Positions 12,870 through 28,180 of a stretch of DNA of 64,000 nucleotides are shown one piece after another. The DNA comes from Dendrobates tinctorius (taxonomy: Eukaryota), in contig NW_027361672.1 in NCBI RefSeq assembly GCF_039654945.1, forward strand, positions 22,692,001-22,756,000, read 5' to 3'. A program made the position numbers and the translations under genes. The notes under the pieces are model-generated. The model saw nothing but the letters and a program-made list of their open reading frames with translations. It ran no database searches and had not been told where the DNA came from. Numbering within the stretch: the first letter of the stretch is position 1; the number at the start of each line of letters is the position of its first letter.

Positions 12870-12956
12870 GACGGGGAAGAAGCTATCTAAAATCTCAGGG
12901 AGGTCAGAGAAAACGGGTTGTAGCAAAGCATATGAAAAGGAAATGAATGTAACCTA

Positions 12957-14593
<1,637 letters not shown>

Positions 14594-14699
14594 TAGAAGA
14601 TTTCTTGGTTGTGAACTACTGAAGACCTCAGCATCTTGGATGCATAGAGACCTTACATCCAACCTATATTATTTGGAGATTACAAAAAAAGAGTAATCT

Positions 14700-15328
14700 C
14701 CAAATTTCGGATTATAAGACGCACCCCAAATTTTTAGGAGAAAAATACGAAAAAAAAATTTTTTTTCATAAAATGGTGGTGCTTCTTATAATCCATGTGT
14801 CTTATTGCATATCTGGGGTGGTGGCTGCGGTGAAGCGGGGTCCCAGGGTCACTGCTGGAGGAGGTAGGAGTGGGGTGATGCTGCAGACCGCAGGCTGGGA
14901 TGAGGGGGAGTTTTATGTGCAGTGCGCCGCTGCAGGTGTCCGGTGCTGCTGGGGTGACCGGCGGTGCTGCGGGGGGTTTTGGTGCTGCCAGCGGCTCTGC
15001 CGACATTGAAATCTTATCTCCCGAGATCTTGATGCCGAGAACTCCATCTGCGCATTTACTGCCCCCCAGCTGCCATTTTCCCGGAGTCCACTGCACATGA
15101 AACCACAGAACTGTGGGGGTCTCTGGCCCTTCACAAAATGTCGACAGCCCTGCGTGGCACTGCCGGAGACCCCTGCAGCACCTACAGACACTCCAGCAGC
15201 ACCGCAGGGCACCTCATCCCAGCCTGCAGCATTCGTACCATTAGGCATATGCGCATTATAAGATGCACCCCCATTTTTCCCCAAAATTTAGAGGGAAAAA
15301 AGTGTGTCTTATAATCCGTAAAATACAG
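14700..15328. mobile_element. pogo/Tigger-like MITE
   Basis: TTCGGATTATAAGACGCAC ... GTGTGTCTTATAATCCGTAAAATAC inverted ends with internal repeats of the motif. Confidence 0.6.
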
Positions 15329-15885
15329 TGTAACAGCATGTCCCTCCCCTGGCATGTGTTCCTGGATTGCAGTGTAATCAGCCCTGAGTCAACAACCAGT
15401 GGGGGAGTCTGTCTTTGTTCTCCTCAGCATAGGACTTATACAATACAAGCCTGTAGCTTCTGGAAACTTCTTAAGTTAGCCATATAGTCAAAAGTAGGTG
15501 GTAGCCCTTCCCCATGGACAGGTGGATCCCAGAACGCACAACAATATACACGTTTGGCCCAGGCAGTTGGGTGTTGACGGGCCAGGCGCTAGGAACTTAT
15601 GCTGAGGCGAGATCCTAGTGCTCTTGTGTGGAGGGTTAAAAGCTGCCACGTGGAATGGTGTTATGTCCCTCATCTGTTGGATTCAATGGAACTCATCCCA
15701 AGATTATTTTGTCTTTTCCCTGGCGTCGGATTACTGGGTGGCGCCCCGGAAATGTTTCCCTCTTGGTGTGGACTCATTGTGGACTCTAAGAGACGATATT
15801 GATATTTTATGTCCTATGCTCCCTGTCTCAATAAAACCCGTTGGATTGATCTTCGGCCTGGTGTCCCTTTCTGCTCTGTCGCACA
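15329..15885 (+). mobile_element. Possible solo LTR
   Basis: TGTAACAG...CTGTCGCACA termini and AATAAA at about 15829. No TSD seen. Confidence 0.45.
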
Positions 15886-16042
15886 CATTGTCACCAGCAG
15901 AACAAAGCAAATGTGAACAGGTACTAGCTGCTATGACCTCATACTGTATAGAAAGTAAAGAATACAGCAGCACACTATGAGCTGTGATATATGCAAACAT
16001 TGAAGATGTGAAATTGAAACTGCATGACTACTTTATAGACTA

Positions 16043-17103
16043 CTAGCTGAAAAGCCCGGTGCTGCCCGGGCATAGTAACTAAGACACCAGAAATGCATTG
16101 AGAACGCAAGCACCTATATCTTCTATGCTGGCATTTTAACCTCTACCCTGTATCGATTGAAGTGAATAAAAGAAATTTGTTTTCACTACATCGTGGAGCT
16201 TAACAACCTTTTTCCATGTCAGAACCAGAGCACTGAGTGGAACGGTCCTAACTTCCATACCAGGGATCCCTTTAAGAGAGGCCTGGAGTGAGCATCAGAG
16301 CGCTGAGGGATTTACCCTAACTTCCATACAGGAGATCCCTTTAAGAGAGGCCTGGGGTCAGTACCAAAGTACAGAGTAGATTTGTCCTGACTTCCATACC
16401 GGGGATCCCTTTAACAGAGCCTGGGATCAGAACCAGAGCGCAGTCGATTTGCCCAGACTTGCATACAGGAGATCCCTTTAAGAGAGCCTGGGGTCAGTAC
16501 CAGAGCATTTTGAAGGCAATTGCCCTGACTTTCATACCGGGGATCTCTTTAAGAGATGTCTGGGGTCAGAACCAAAGTGCTGGATGGATTTGCCTTGACT
16601 TTCATACTGGAGATCCCTTTAAGAAAGGCCTGGGGTCAGTACCAAAGCGCAGAGTGGATTTGCCCTAACTTCCATACCAATGATCCCTTTAAGAGACCCT
16701 GGGGTCAGAACCACAGAGCTGAGTGGAACGGTTTTAACTTCCATACCGGGGATCCCTTTAAGAGAGGCCTGGTGTCAAAACCAAAGTGCTCTGTGCTCCT
16801 TTCTGTGGGGCAGACAATGACTGGGAGCTTATGTTCCCAGGGATGCCAGATTTCTCCCACCCAGTCAGTGTCTGCTGAGGTGTCAAGTGGGAAAACTTTC
16901 TCATAGCAACCAATCACAGCTCAGCTTCTTTTAACCAGCTCTGGTGAAATGAGAGATACTTAGTGATTGGTTGCAATGAAAACTGTTGCTCATAGCAACC
17001 AATCACAGCTCAGTTTCTTTTGAACAGCTCTGGCGAAATGAAAGATGCTTTGTGATTTGGTTGGTGATACACACATACATACATTCAGTTTTATATATAT
17101 AGA
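16043..17103 (-). mobile_element. Non-autonomous Helitron carrying a ~70-bp minisatellite
   Basis: The minus strand starts A|TC, ends with a GC hairpin (CCCGGGCAGCACCGGG) plus CTAG|T, and has no TSD. Confidence 0.8.
16218..16790. repeat. ~70-bp tandem repeat, ~8 copies
   Basis: GATCCCTTTAA-like motif recurs at 16265, 16334, 16404, 16471, 16542, 16612, 16682 and 16751. Confidence 0.95.
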
Positions 17104-17299
17104 TACTTATGAAATGAAGGTACTTAGTGCATAAATTGTGTGTGGCCACCAGCCATGACAAGGCAACCTTTTTCTGATGGGACCCTGGACTGATATTACC
17201 TCTCCCGGGCTAAAAGCCTGCAAATATATATGATAGGGAAAAGAAAGCAGAATTTTTGAACTTGGAGCCATAAGGTGCTAACATAGTCAAATGGTCTTC

Positions 17300-18103
17300 T
17301 GTTGTGAGTTCATTTTCCCCTTCGTCACTGAGGTCTGGTGAACTCCCTATTCTGGTAAAGGAAGGTAATGAGCCTGATTATCAGGCACCTGAGCCTAATG
17401 ATGATGACTGGCTGAGTGGAGTCACTGACTGGATATAAGGCTGCGGACGCCCTTCTGCCCTGCGGGTGATTTCTCTGTGGACTTCTAGGACACCAGTCTG
17501 ATTCCTGCTCCTCTAAAGCTAAGTTTTCTGCTTTGCCTTTTTGCATTTGTGTTTTGTTTTTTGTTTGCCTTGCTTTTCTGGATTCTGCCATTCCCTGCTG
17601 GGGTGAGCTGAATCTCCTTTTGCCGGTTGCTCTGTCTTCAGAATATTCCCGAGTACTGACATAGTCTTTTTGAAGCCTAGCGTCTTCAGGGCCTTTTTCT
17701 CTGTCAGTCTGTTGGCTCTTATTTTCATAGGGTTTTTCACGGATTGCAGACAGCAGCCTTCCTGTCCTTTCCTAGCTAGTTAGCTTGGGCCCCGTCTTTG
17801 CTCAGTCTATATTTCTGTCTGTGTTGTGTCCTTTCTTCTTGCTTCACCGTCATTATATGTGGGGGGCTGCCTTTTGCTTTGGGGTCTGCTCTGGGGCAGT
17901 TTAGATTTCCCTTTCTGTCTTTAGGCTATCTAGTCCTCCGGCTGTGATCGAAGGGTCTAGGGCATCGTAGGAACCCCCCACGGCTACTGCTAGTTGTGTT
18001 GATAGGTTCAGGGGTCTGCAATCCGATAGCTGCCAACCTCTCTGGTTTTCTGGACTTAGCTTGCATTTCTGTTTTTGCCTCCTACGGTGACTCAATCATA
18101 ACA
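17300..18103. mobile_element. Solo LTR with 6-bp TSD
   Basis: TGTTGTGA...TCATAACA termini flanked on both sides by GTCTTC. Confidence 0.85.
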
Positions 18104-20189
18104 GTCTTCAAAGAGTTACACAAGGTATCAACATAAAGTTAAACACTGCTCATATATTGTAGTGTAGGCAATGATCAGAGTGTAATGTATTACCCATATA
18201 TCAGTTGTACAGCCCCACAATCAAGGGTTTTATATATATAAAACTCATAGAGACTGATTCATGATGAATGGTGTTATACACACCAGTTTTAATAAAGACG
18301 GGTTCTTTAAGATGCTCCCAATTCATTAACAGGCACATGCACATCTTCTCAGTGGTGCGCGCCTCATCAGAAATAATATTCCAGATAGGGACTGTAGTAC
18401 CATTTCTTGTGTAAGTTACACTACTAAAATGGCATAACTTATGCTGAATTTTCCACCACACCCTATCCCCACCCATGCACCACCCACATTGTCAGAGCTA
18501 AATTTTTGTACAACTTTGCATAGCGCTGAATTTTGCAAGTTATCGACGTGTTTTATGCCAGAAAACTCGGGTAAAGACTTTGATAATTTGATCTCTAAGT
18601 GTATAACTAAAGGAGAAACACACAATATGTAATATTAAGTATGTGATTCTCAGCCAATAGAAATAAGTTGATATTTAAATATATATATTTTTTTTAGTAT
18701 TCTCAGAAATTGCTACAATACTTCAACTACTAGAAAATCCTATTCTGTTCCCGTGGCGGGCTATCTTGACTGCAATGCAGCTTTTCTGGCCCTGAGTAAC
18801 TTTGTAACGTCGTTAACGTAGTGTGATCATTTTTTGTCTACTGCTGTAGCAAACACTGCCTGGTACAACGACTGGGGCTGCTCCGAAGAATAGCTTTTTC
18901 TGAAAAGCAGATATTGTGTGGAAAGACATCGATCACTGCTGCTTTTATATACAGTTTGTCACCATTGTTCTTCGTGTAGGATTAGACCACATTTACAGCT
19001 AAACATTGCATGTATTCATGGAAAGGACAACAGCTTAAAATAAAGCATTGTTCAGTAAGAATGTACTTATATACTATGCTGATATCACTTTGCATTGAGT
19101 TTTGTTCTCTGCAGTATAGGACAATGCATGGGCTGAAGGTCTCAGGGGTACATTGCTGCGGTTTGATGGTTAATATCCGGTAGTACGTTATTTCATTATG
19201 AAAAAGTAATGTCCGAATCTGCCTATATTTCAATGTCATTACATAAAATCAGACTATAGACCAAGAAGGAAAAACTGTCCTCCAACTGGTTACATAGAAC
19301 GTCTCATAAATCAACATCTCAAATGTCACAATGGGTTTGTTGAATGCCAAGCGACCCTATAATAATATCTCAACCGACAATTAAATGATTAATAGATATT
19401 TCTGATATGTGGTTCAGTTACATAAAGCACAACATTTAATAGCTTCCATCATTGATAGTCGTCTTCTTGAGCTGGAAGATCTCCCAAGCGCCGTTGATAC
19501 CACGACAGTAGTATTTGGATATGTCATTGGTGGATAAGTTGCGATTGTCCCGCAGTTCTTAATGGTAATGGTGCATGTAAACACTCCAAAAACTCCTTAC
19601 ATCAAACTTCTGTTCATCTTCTGCATAGTTCTCTGATTTGTAGCAGCTTTAGCAATAACTAACTTTGCTAGTTATACAAGAAAGCAGTCATTGAGATTAT
19701 AAAATATCCATCTTGGTACAAAATTCGCACCATGCCTTGCTTACTTGAAGTCCAATCTGTTTAGGGAGTTTTTGAAAATAAAATATATTCTGTAGCATTT
19801 TGTTCTTTGTATGTAAAACTTGGACAATCTGTTTGTTCAAAGGGTCAGCCAAAAATTGTCCACAGGTTCACCTCCCTGTTGCAAGATCCCTCGAAAACCA
19901 GTTCTTTGGAGGAACCCAGGAGCAAGTGTTCAGTTTCCAAAGAATCACCACCGCTTGACAAATGATGCATTACATGGAGCGTATTAAAAATAGTAGACTG
20001 CCCACCTAATTTCTGAAGCACAGTATTTGGAGGGTTCTGATAGGAGCTCTATATCTGTTAACTACAGTTTTGGTCAACCTTATTGGCATCATTGATTGAA
20101 AAACCATTATCTAAATAAATAAGTGGATACGTGCCAACTGTGTAACATTAGAATATTTTAATAGCATGTTCAAATACATTCATCAAAAA

Positions 20190-20500
20190 AGTTGACCACA
20201 TCCTGGGAGGTTCTTAACTGTTCCGTGAGCAGCAAACTTCTTCGTAACATTTCAGATTGTTGAAGCTGGGAGGCCAAGGTCTGTAGAGATACTATTCTAT
20301 GCTGTAGACTGCTTGTGCCTGGTGATATTAGCATTTCTTGTCCTCTCAGGCAGCTCTATTGTATGACATTGTGAACAAGCAATAAAAATGGCCCTTTTTT
20401 AGCATCAAAGGCTAATTCATATGCTAATTTTAAATTATGTGAGTGCTGTCAAAGTCGGGACAAGAGTGTAATTTTTAATTATTCACAAGTCTGATTTTGT
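20190..20500 (-). mobile_element. Old Tc1 transposase N-terminal remnant
   Basis: The minus strand reads ELPERTRN..ISTDLGLPASTI..KKFAAHGTVKNLPGCG with stops. Confidence 0.6.
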
Positions 20501-20674
20501 CCTTTGTTTCAAACTGAACATCGAGTGCCATTAATTGAGTCTTGGCATTGACTTTAGTTTTGTATATTTTTTTCTACAGTTTTAATTTTGACATATTTGT
20601 TGCCTCACACTTTTCTTGTATATCCAAGACATTTAAGACCTTATTTCAGGGGATCTTTTACATGGTGTACTTAA

Positions 20675-21104
20675 AGGCCCCGTCTCACATAATGAGATCG
20701 TTAGCGAGATCGCTAAAACGTCACAGATTTTGTGATGCAACAGCACATAGCGGCGACTGCCCCTCCCCCTGGATATCGCTGATTGTGCTCGAATGTCCTG
20801 GGCCATTTTTTCATTGTTGGCGTCCCGCTGGCCAGCATGCATCGCTGTGTTTGACGCCTTTTAGTGACCTCGCTGGCTACGCAGAACTCAGGGACGCAGG
20901 CCTGAGTCGTCAGAATAGCTGCTGTGTGACAAGGTCCCAACGACCGCCGAGGTCGTTATACGGATCGTCATATCGTTGCTGCGTCGTTGAAGAGATCTGC
21001 CTGTTTGGCAGCTTACTAGCGACCATGTAGCGACGCACCAGCGATCCTTACAAGGTCATATCGTTGTCGGGATCGCTGGTGTGTCGCTATGTGAAACGGG
21101 ACCC
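20675..21104. mobile_element. Harbinger-type MITE
   Basis: TAA|AGGCCCCGTCTCACAT...ATGTGAAACGGGACCC|TAA. A partial copy of the family lies at about 45051-45365. Confidence 0.75.
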
Positions 21105-22060
21105 TAAGATTCAAGGTTGTCAGTAATGTTGACCAACTATCTTTTTTTTCACAGCAGGCAACTTCCTTAAAGGAAACCTATAGTGCTATCAACTTTCAAG
21201 TACATAGCATTCTAAAGCTGCCTGATTACCACCATAAAAGCACAGCTATCAGGAGGAAATTTTCTTTATGCCTCCGGCTTTGAGTCATAGTGGCACAACC
21301 GGCAGGGCTTCAGGCACCGCATGCTGTATAGTGAGTGGTGGCTGTAACCACGCCCCGGCACTGATTGACAGCAAGCTCTGCATTGATGCACTGTTGAGTT
21401 GGCTGTCAGTCACTGCTGGTTACATCCACCACTCACTGGGTACTGAGCAGTCACTAAGGCCACTCTATGACTGGAAGCCAGAGGCTGCCGAATGGAATAA
21501 AGATGATCTTCTCCCAGTATCCAGGCTTTCAGTGCGTCGGCCACATATCTTTACGGTACTAAAAGCCATCAGTTATAAGAGATTGTATTTAGCCTTGCCA
21601 GTTCTTGTACAATATGTGTTGTAAAGAATATATGGTAACTGGCTTGCACATTTGACAGCTCACCCTATAAGAAGGTGACATTGTACAGAATTAAAAAATA
21701 ATCACAATTCTTGCTTCCACTCTGAGAATGATCACTATGTTTTGTGCAGCTTAAAAAAGTGCTTATCCCCTAGTAAAACTCCAGAACACGCAGCTGTCTG
21801 AATTTATTTGGATGATGCTGTATTTATTAAGATGTGATTACATGTTGCGGTTGTATTGTGGTTTTGGAAACTGATGCATTTTTGGCAGCTTTTTTGTAGC
21901 TCTCTATTACATAATTGCTAAAATGGTGAATCAGAGATTTTAATATCCTTTTAATGTCTGCAAATATAGGGAACCTATTTTTTGTAACTATTAATGGGTT
22001 TCTGTTAACTTTTTATTATGTTTCCATACGTGTAGTTTCCATTATTTTGTCCTGATACAG

Positions 22061-22115
22061 ATGGAGAGCAACAACAATGACAGCAGTGCCAGAACTGTCA
22101 CTTGGCAGGCTCCTG
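22061..22115 (+). CDS. MBP: Candidate upstream Golli-MBP coding exon (possible exon 3 equivalent): MESNNNDSSARTVTWQAP
   Basis: Acceptor ATTATTTTGTCCTGATACAG, open phase-0 frame, donor CTG|GTGATC in phase 1, matching the phase-1 acceptor of the exon at 50251. Similarity to mammalian exon 3 is weak. Confidence 0.35.
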
Positions 22116-22199
22116 GTGATCCTGACTAACCCCATCGACTATAATCTGGTCTTTCGGGTTTCTGATATTTTACTCGATAAAATAATGCAGCATGCTTAG

Positions 22200-23145
<946 letters not shown>

Positions 23146-26076
23146 TATACAGCAGTTTTGTTTCTCCTATTAAATGTACATACGGCAGTTTCATTTTTCC
23201 TATATGATGAATATCTAGCAGTCTCCGGGTATCCAGTGTTTTGTGTATATATATATCAGTCTGTGTATCCTATGTTATGTGTATTCTGCTGGATGCTGGA
23301 ATCTGTGTCTCCTATATAATGTATATACATTAATCTCATTGTCTCATTTGTGATGTATATACGGCAGCCTCAGTATATCTTATGTGATGTTTATACAGCA
23401 GAGTCTGTGTATGCTATGTAATATAGACAGTACAGTCTGTGTATCCTATGTGATTTCTCAGTGTTTCCTCAGTATTGGTCTGTTTATAATTTTCTATGCC
23501 CTCAACCAATGAGAAAATAAATATTAATTGTGGATAACCTGTTTAAAAATGTTATCTCAATTTTGGGAGTTATCATAGATAAGGGATAACTTCACGGTCA
23601 CTTGGTGTCTGACCACATGAATCCCCAGAGCACCATGGGCATGTAACAGGAGCAGTGGTCGAGCCTGTGCACATGCACACGTATTTGTTCCAATCACAAT
23701 TGGGATTGTTTGGGTCCCAGCAGTAAGCCCCCGAGAGATCAGAAAGTTATCTCATATTGCATGGATAGGGGGGATAACTTCCAATCTTGAGACAACTCCC
23801 ACCAAGAAGTTTTTTTTTTTATATATTTTCTATTTAAAAGATAAAACAAAAGGGGACAGCATAATGATCAGAAATGTGGGAATTGCTTGATGATATTGAA
23901 AGATGACTCGAATAGGTCACTGCAAAATTAGGATTATTACTGTATGTGAGGATTTTTTTTTCTCATCTGTGGTGGCAGATATCATAAAAATTATGCCTTT
24001 TTTTTCTCATCTGCTTTTGTTAGTTGTGCAGCCCAGGACACCTTTTTTTTCTTCCAATGTGGCCAATAGACACCAAAAGGTTGGACACCCAGGTTCTAGT
24101 GAAAAGAACAATACTGAACTCTGTGGAGCTACTCCATGCACAGCACGAAGAGCAATTTCTGTTATTTCTAGCCACACAAAGGCAACAGGTTCCCTTTCTC
24201 CGACCTGTGACTGGGCATCAGTATGCATTTATTAACTCGTATAGATCACACTCACAGTTTCTGCTCAGAGCTACTGCTGGCTTTTAAATATAAATGGCCC
24301 TGAAAGACACACACAGAGTAGTCTAAATTCTTTTTTCCTTCTCTTCGTAGCGTCCATGCTGCTAGTGTGATGAAGCATGGTGGAAGGCTTATTTGCAACC
24401 TTCAGACACTTTCTCTTTATTTGCACACATGTAGTGATGTAGCATACTAAGTACAATGTTGCCTCAATAACTTTTTATATTTTCAATGGTTGATATAGAA
24501 CTTGAAAAACAATCAGTTCCGGATAGATTTGTTAATGTACGTGGAGCACTGACATTTACTACTGACCACAAATGAATACTAGATGACTCCTGAACAGTTT
24601 TAGTTTCCTTTACTTTTCAACTTTTGTTATAGTGACTTTACGTGATATCACTGAAGTTGAAATTCAAGGCCATTTTCCAGAACTAATTTATTTTTATTTA
24701 CTAACTTTTTTTTTTTTTTTACTACGGGTCTAAGAACTAGCAATCTACCTGCCTGTTGTGCCCGGTGCCGATCTCTGCCGGCTTAGAGTAGTCACAGACC
24801 GCTGCTTCCGTCATGTCGATGGAGCAATTACTTCCCTTTTTCTCTGCTCTGTTGATGGGGCGTGATTGCTGGTCTCGCTGATTGACAACCAGGTCCCTGC
24901 TGTCTAACTGTGGCTGTCAATCAGCATGGATCGACAGAGTCTGGAAGAGGAAGAGCTGCTCTGTTGACATGAAGCAGCAGAATTGCCGGCAGGAATAGTC
25001 CTTGAATGCTATGAGTTAACATTGTGTAGAACACTCAGGTAGTTAGCAACTATCTGACTGTTAGTTCTTAGGGCAATAGTAAAAAATAAATAAATAGTCC
25101 CAGAAAACCCCTTTTAAAGGGACAATTTTTCAATTCTTTTGACGCAATGAGGAGTTGCACAAAAATTTTGCACCTTTGATGCTTTCACATAGTTTAATGC
25201 AGCTCTTCCAAAATGGGTAAAGTGATGGAAGAGCTGGGGTAGAACAAGCTGTGTGCACGCCAGAGAATACATGCCCCAAATTCATCAAAAGGGTTGCCCT
25301 CAGTCAATCCATACTCGATCATTATGTTCCCGCTTTTAAAATAACAGCAGCTATACTCCTGTGCAGGCGTCATTGCAGCACCCTCTTGCTCGGGGCTCAT
25401 ATGACAGTTAGTGGCTGGTTCACTGAACCCTACTTCAGACAAATCAGACATTTGGAGGAAGTGAGAAAACAGCCGCAGAGCCGCTGCCATCGCCACTGGA
25501 ACAGCCCGATCGCGGGGGCGAGTATAGCTGTTATTATTGTACTTGGGGGAAATAATGATTGAGAAGAGGAATTCACCACATCTTTTCTCTGTTTTGTGCA
25601 GAGACTGGAGTAGTATTTCTGGCATTAAAATAAAATGCTGGCACCTTTCATAAATTCAAACTGGTGTGAAAATGCAAAAAGAAAAAATTTTGCAACTCTG
25701 TGTTGCGTAAAATATTTGCGACTTACAAAGTCCCTTCGTCATTTGGATGTAGTGTTGAAGCTTAGAAACAGCATTGTGGCCTATAAACCCTTTGTTTAGC
25801 TTTTCCCAGAACACTAGTAAAAGTTTATTTAATGGTTCTGGTGTATATAGGGCGAACATGGAGAGTATAACTAGAGTTGCACAATTCAACATTTCCTATA
25901 CAATGTTGTTCTGATTCACGCATACCATTAACTTATTTATTCAAGTGAGACTTTTAGTATTTGACATAGGAATGCTAAAAAAATACTATTGTAAGCAAAA
26001 CCAGCAGTGTTACATCAGTATATTGTGATATGACAAATTTAGCCCCACTACATTTATGTCTGGTTACAAGATTTAA

Positions 26077-26568
26077 AGGAAACCTGTAACCTTGGAAAAT
26101 GCTATTTACTTGCAGATGTAGGGTCAATCTGTAGTTAAATATTATTGTAATGCTAGCCTTACTGAAATTGTGGTTAGCGGGAGAAAATGTGCTCATTTCC
26201 TTCTGGGAGCCGCCGGCTTTCAGTCATGGGAGGGTTCACAGAGCAGTTACAGGCACCGCTCACAACACTGCTCTCTATACCATGAGTGGCGGCTGTAAGC
26301 ATACCCTGGCACTTTAATTGTCAGCTCGCTCTGGCCAGATGTGCCGCTGAGTCAGCTGTCAATCAAACTGCTGGAATTTACACAGTATAGTGAGCGGTGT
26401 AAGGCGCTTATGACTGAGAGCCGGTGTATTACAGGAAAAAAAATGCTTATTTTATCCCAGTAGCTACACTTTCAGTAAGGCAGGCAGGCAGCATTGAAAC
26501 CATATTTACCTGCAGATTAGCGCTATATCTGCGGGTAAATAGCGTTTTATGAGGTGTCAGGGTTCCCT
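26077..26568. mobile_element. T2-family (TTAA/AGG) MITE
   Basis: TTAA|AGGAAACCTG...CAGGGTTCCCT|TTAA with a palindromic body. A related copy lies near 21170-21600. Confidence 0.75.
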
Positions 26569-26849
26569 TTAAGTTTTTCACATAAAACACTAATTGAAGA
26601 CCCAAAATAATGGTTGCCAGTCAACAATACCTAGTGAAAAAGACAACAAGAAAAAAAAAACCATAAACATCACAAAATGTAATGAATATACACTATGTAC
26701 TGCAGATGAAATTGAGACGCATCTGTTATTAAGTAAATTCAAGTTTTTATACTATGGAATTGTTTTCCAGGAATCGGCCTAGGAATATATATAAAAAATA
26801 GTTGCAGTGAAGAGACACATACAAGACGTTTTAAACAATTGTTTGCTTA

Positions 26850-27447
26850 GGCCTCTTTCACACATTCGTCTTTCACCATCAGTCAAAAGCTGCCGTTTTG
26901 CAAAAAAAACGGATCCGCCATTTTTGTTGGCGGATCCGTTTTTTCCCCATTGACTTGCATTAACGGCGGATCTTGACGGATGGTTATCCGTTGGATCCGT
27001 TTTTGTACGGAACCGCCAAAATTTTAGCGTCCGCTGACATGGCAGGACGGACACTGCAACTTTTTTTGGTTGCTGGATCCGCATTTCTACACTGCGCGTG
27101 CCCGGAATTGACTTTGCCGGAAAGATAACCCTAAATGCCATTCCTGGCGGGTGAAAAAATATTCTCTCTCTCGTCCCCCGATCTCGTCCCGACGACCTCC
27201 TCGTCCCAACCCCGGACTCTTCTCGCGGCTCGTCCCGCGATCTCTTCCCAGTCCCGCGGCCCCGCTCTCTTCTCGCGGTCCCACTAGCACGGCGGTACTT
27301 TTTGATTTCCTGCGGTTCCTTTAACATTCCTACATCGGCGGACCCCGTCAATGCAACGGTCCGTTGGAGTCTCAACGGACACGGATCTGTTCTCCGCCTT
27401 TTTGGCGGTTGGCAACTGACGGGAATAACGTAAGTATGAAACAGACC
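26850..27447. mobile_element. Harbinger-type MITE
   Basis: TTA|GGCCTCTTTCAC...TGAAACAGACC|TTA with CGGATCCG-rich subterminal repeats. Confidence 0.75.
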
Positions 27448-27459
27448 TTAGAATGTTGA

Positions 27460-28180
27460 GGAAATAGTTTAGGGAGGTCTCTTTTCTATTCCAGCGTGAT
27501 TGTGCCCTAATGCACAAAGCCAGGTCTATAGTGGCATGGTTATGAGAGTTTGGTGTAGAGGGACTTGACTGGTTCACACAGACTCTTGACCGCAATCCCT
27601 TCAAAACCCTTTGGGATGAACTAGAACGGTGATTGTGATCCGGGTACTCTACTCCAACATTTGAGTCTAACCTCACAAATTTTCTTCTGGATGAATGGGC
27701 AGAAAAAGCACACATACAGACTCCACCATCTTGTAGAAAGCATTAAAAAAAAAAAAAAATTGAGCTTGGTTTTGAGTTGATACACATGCAGCATATAAAT
27801 GCATGTTGACATTGGCAAAAGGCAAAGTGAGCAAAAGCTCTGCTGTAACTAAATAAGTAAAAGCAAAAGTGCATCTAAATAATACAGAGTTTTTAGTAAT
27901 ACTGTTTTTGATCAAAAGTAGCATGAAAGCCATCCCACCACGAAACGGTAACTCTGTTCGGGGTAGTCGTACACTGTCTAATATTAAAAACCTTGCCTTG
28001 TGTCAAAGTTGACCTCAATGTGTGAACAAGGGCAGACAAAAGGACTGGGTCCCAAACATTATATAAATTCATGTTGACATTGGCCATATCTTGTAGAAAG
28101 CATGCCTATGAATTTAGAATAGGATGTCCTAAAAGCTCCTGTAGGTGTAATGTGTAGTTGTCTCAATATCTTTGTCCATG
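27460..28180 (+). mobile_element. Degenerate Tc1 3' fragment interrupted by an insertion
   Basis: FLFQRDCALMHKAR..LWDELE-like coding remnant. A 16-bp direct repeat flanks the interrupting segment. Confidence 0.55.

Noticed and set aside
16218-16790. Regularly spaced repeats superficially like a CRISPR array (also 38898-39513 and 32296-32870)
   Set aside because: Units are head-to-tail with no unique spacers, there are no cas genes, and the context is vertebrate. These are minisatellites.
19300-19950. Possible very old LINE ORF2 C-terminal remnant on the minus strand
   Set aside because: Only faint peptide resemblance with many stops. It cannot be supported without a profile search.
25440-25530. 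GC-rich patch that might be an alternative Golli first exon (exon 4/0-like)
   Set aside because: No canonical GT donor, and it resembles eroded MITE interior sequence seen elsewhere in the window.
26779-27375. 198-aa Arg-rich ORF (and similar ORFs at 62425-63161, 20542-21030, 368-883)
   Set aside because: They lie within MITE or LTR sequence, are low-complexity and have no recognisable domain.
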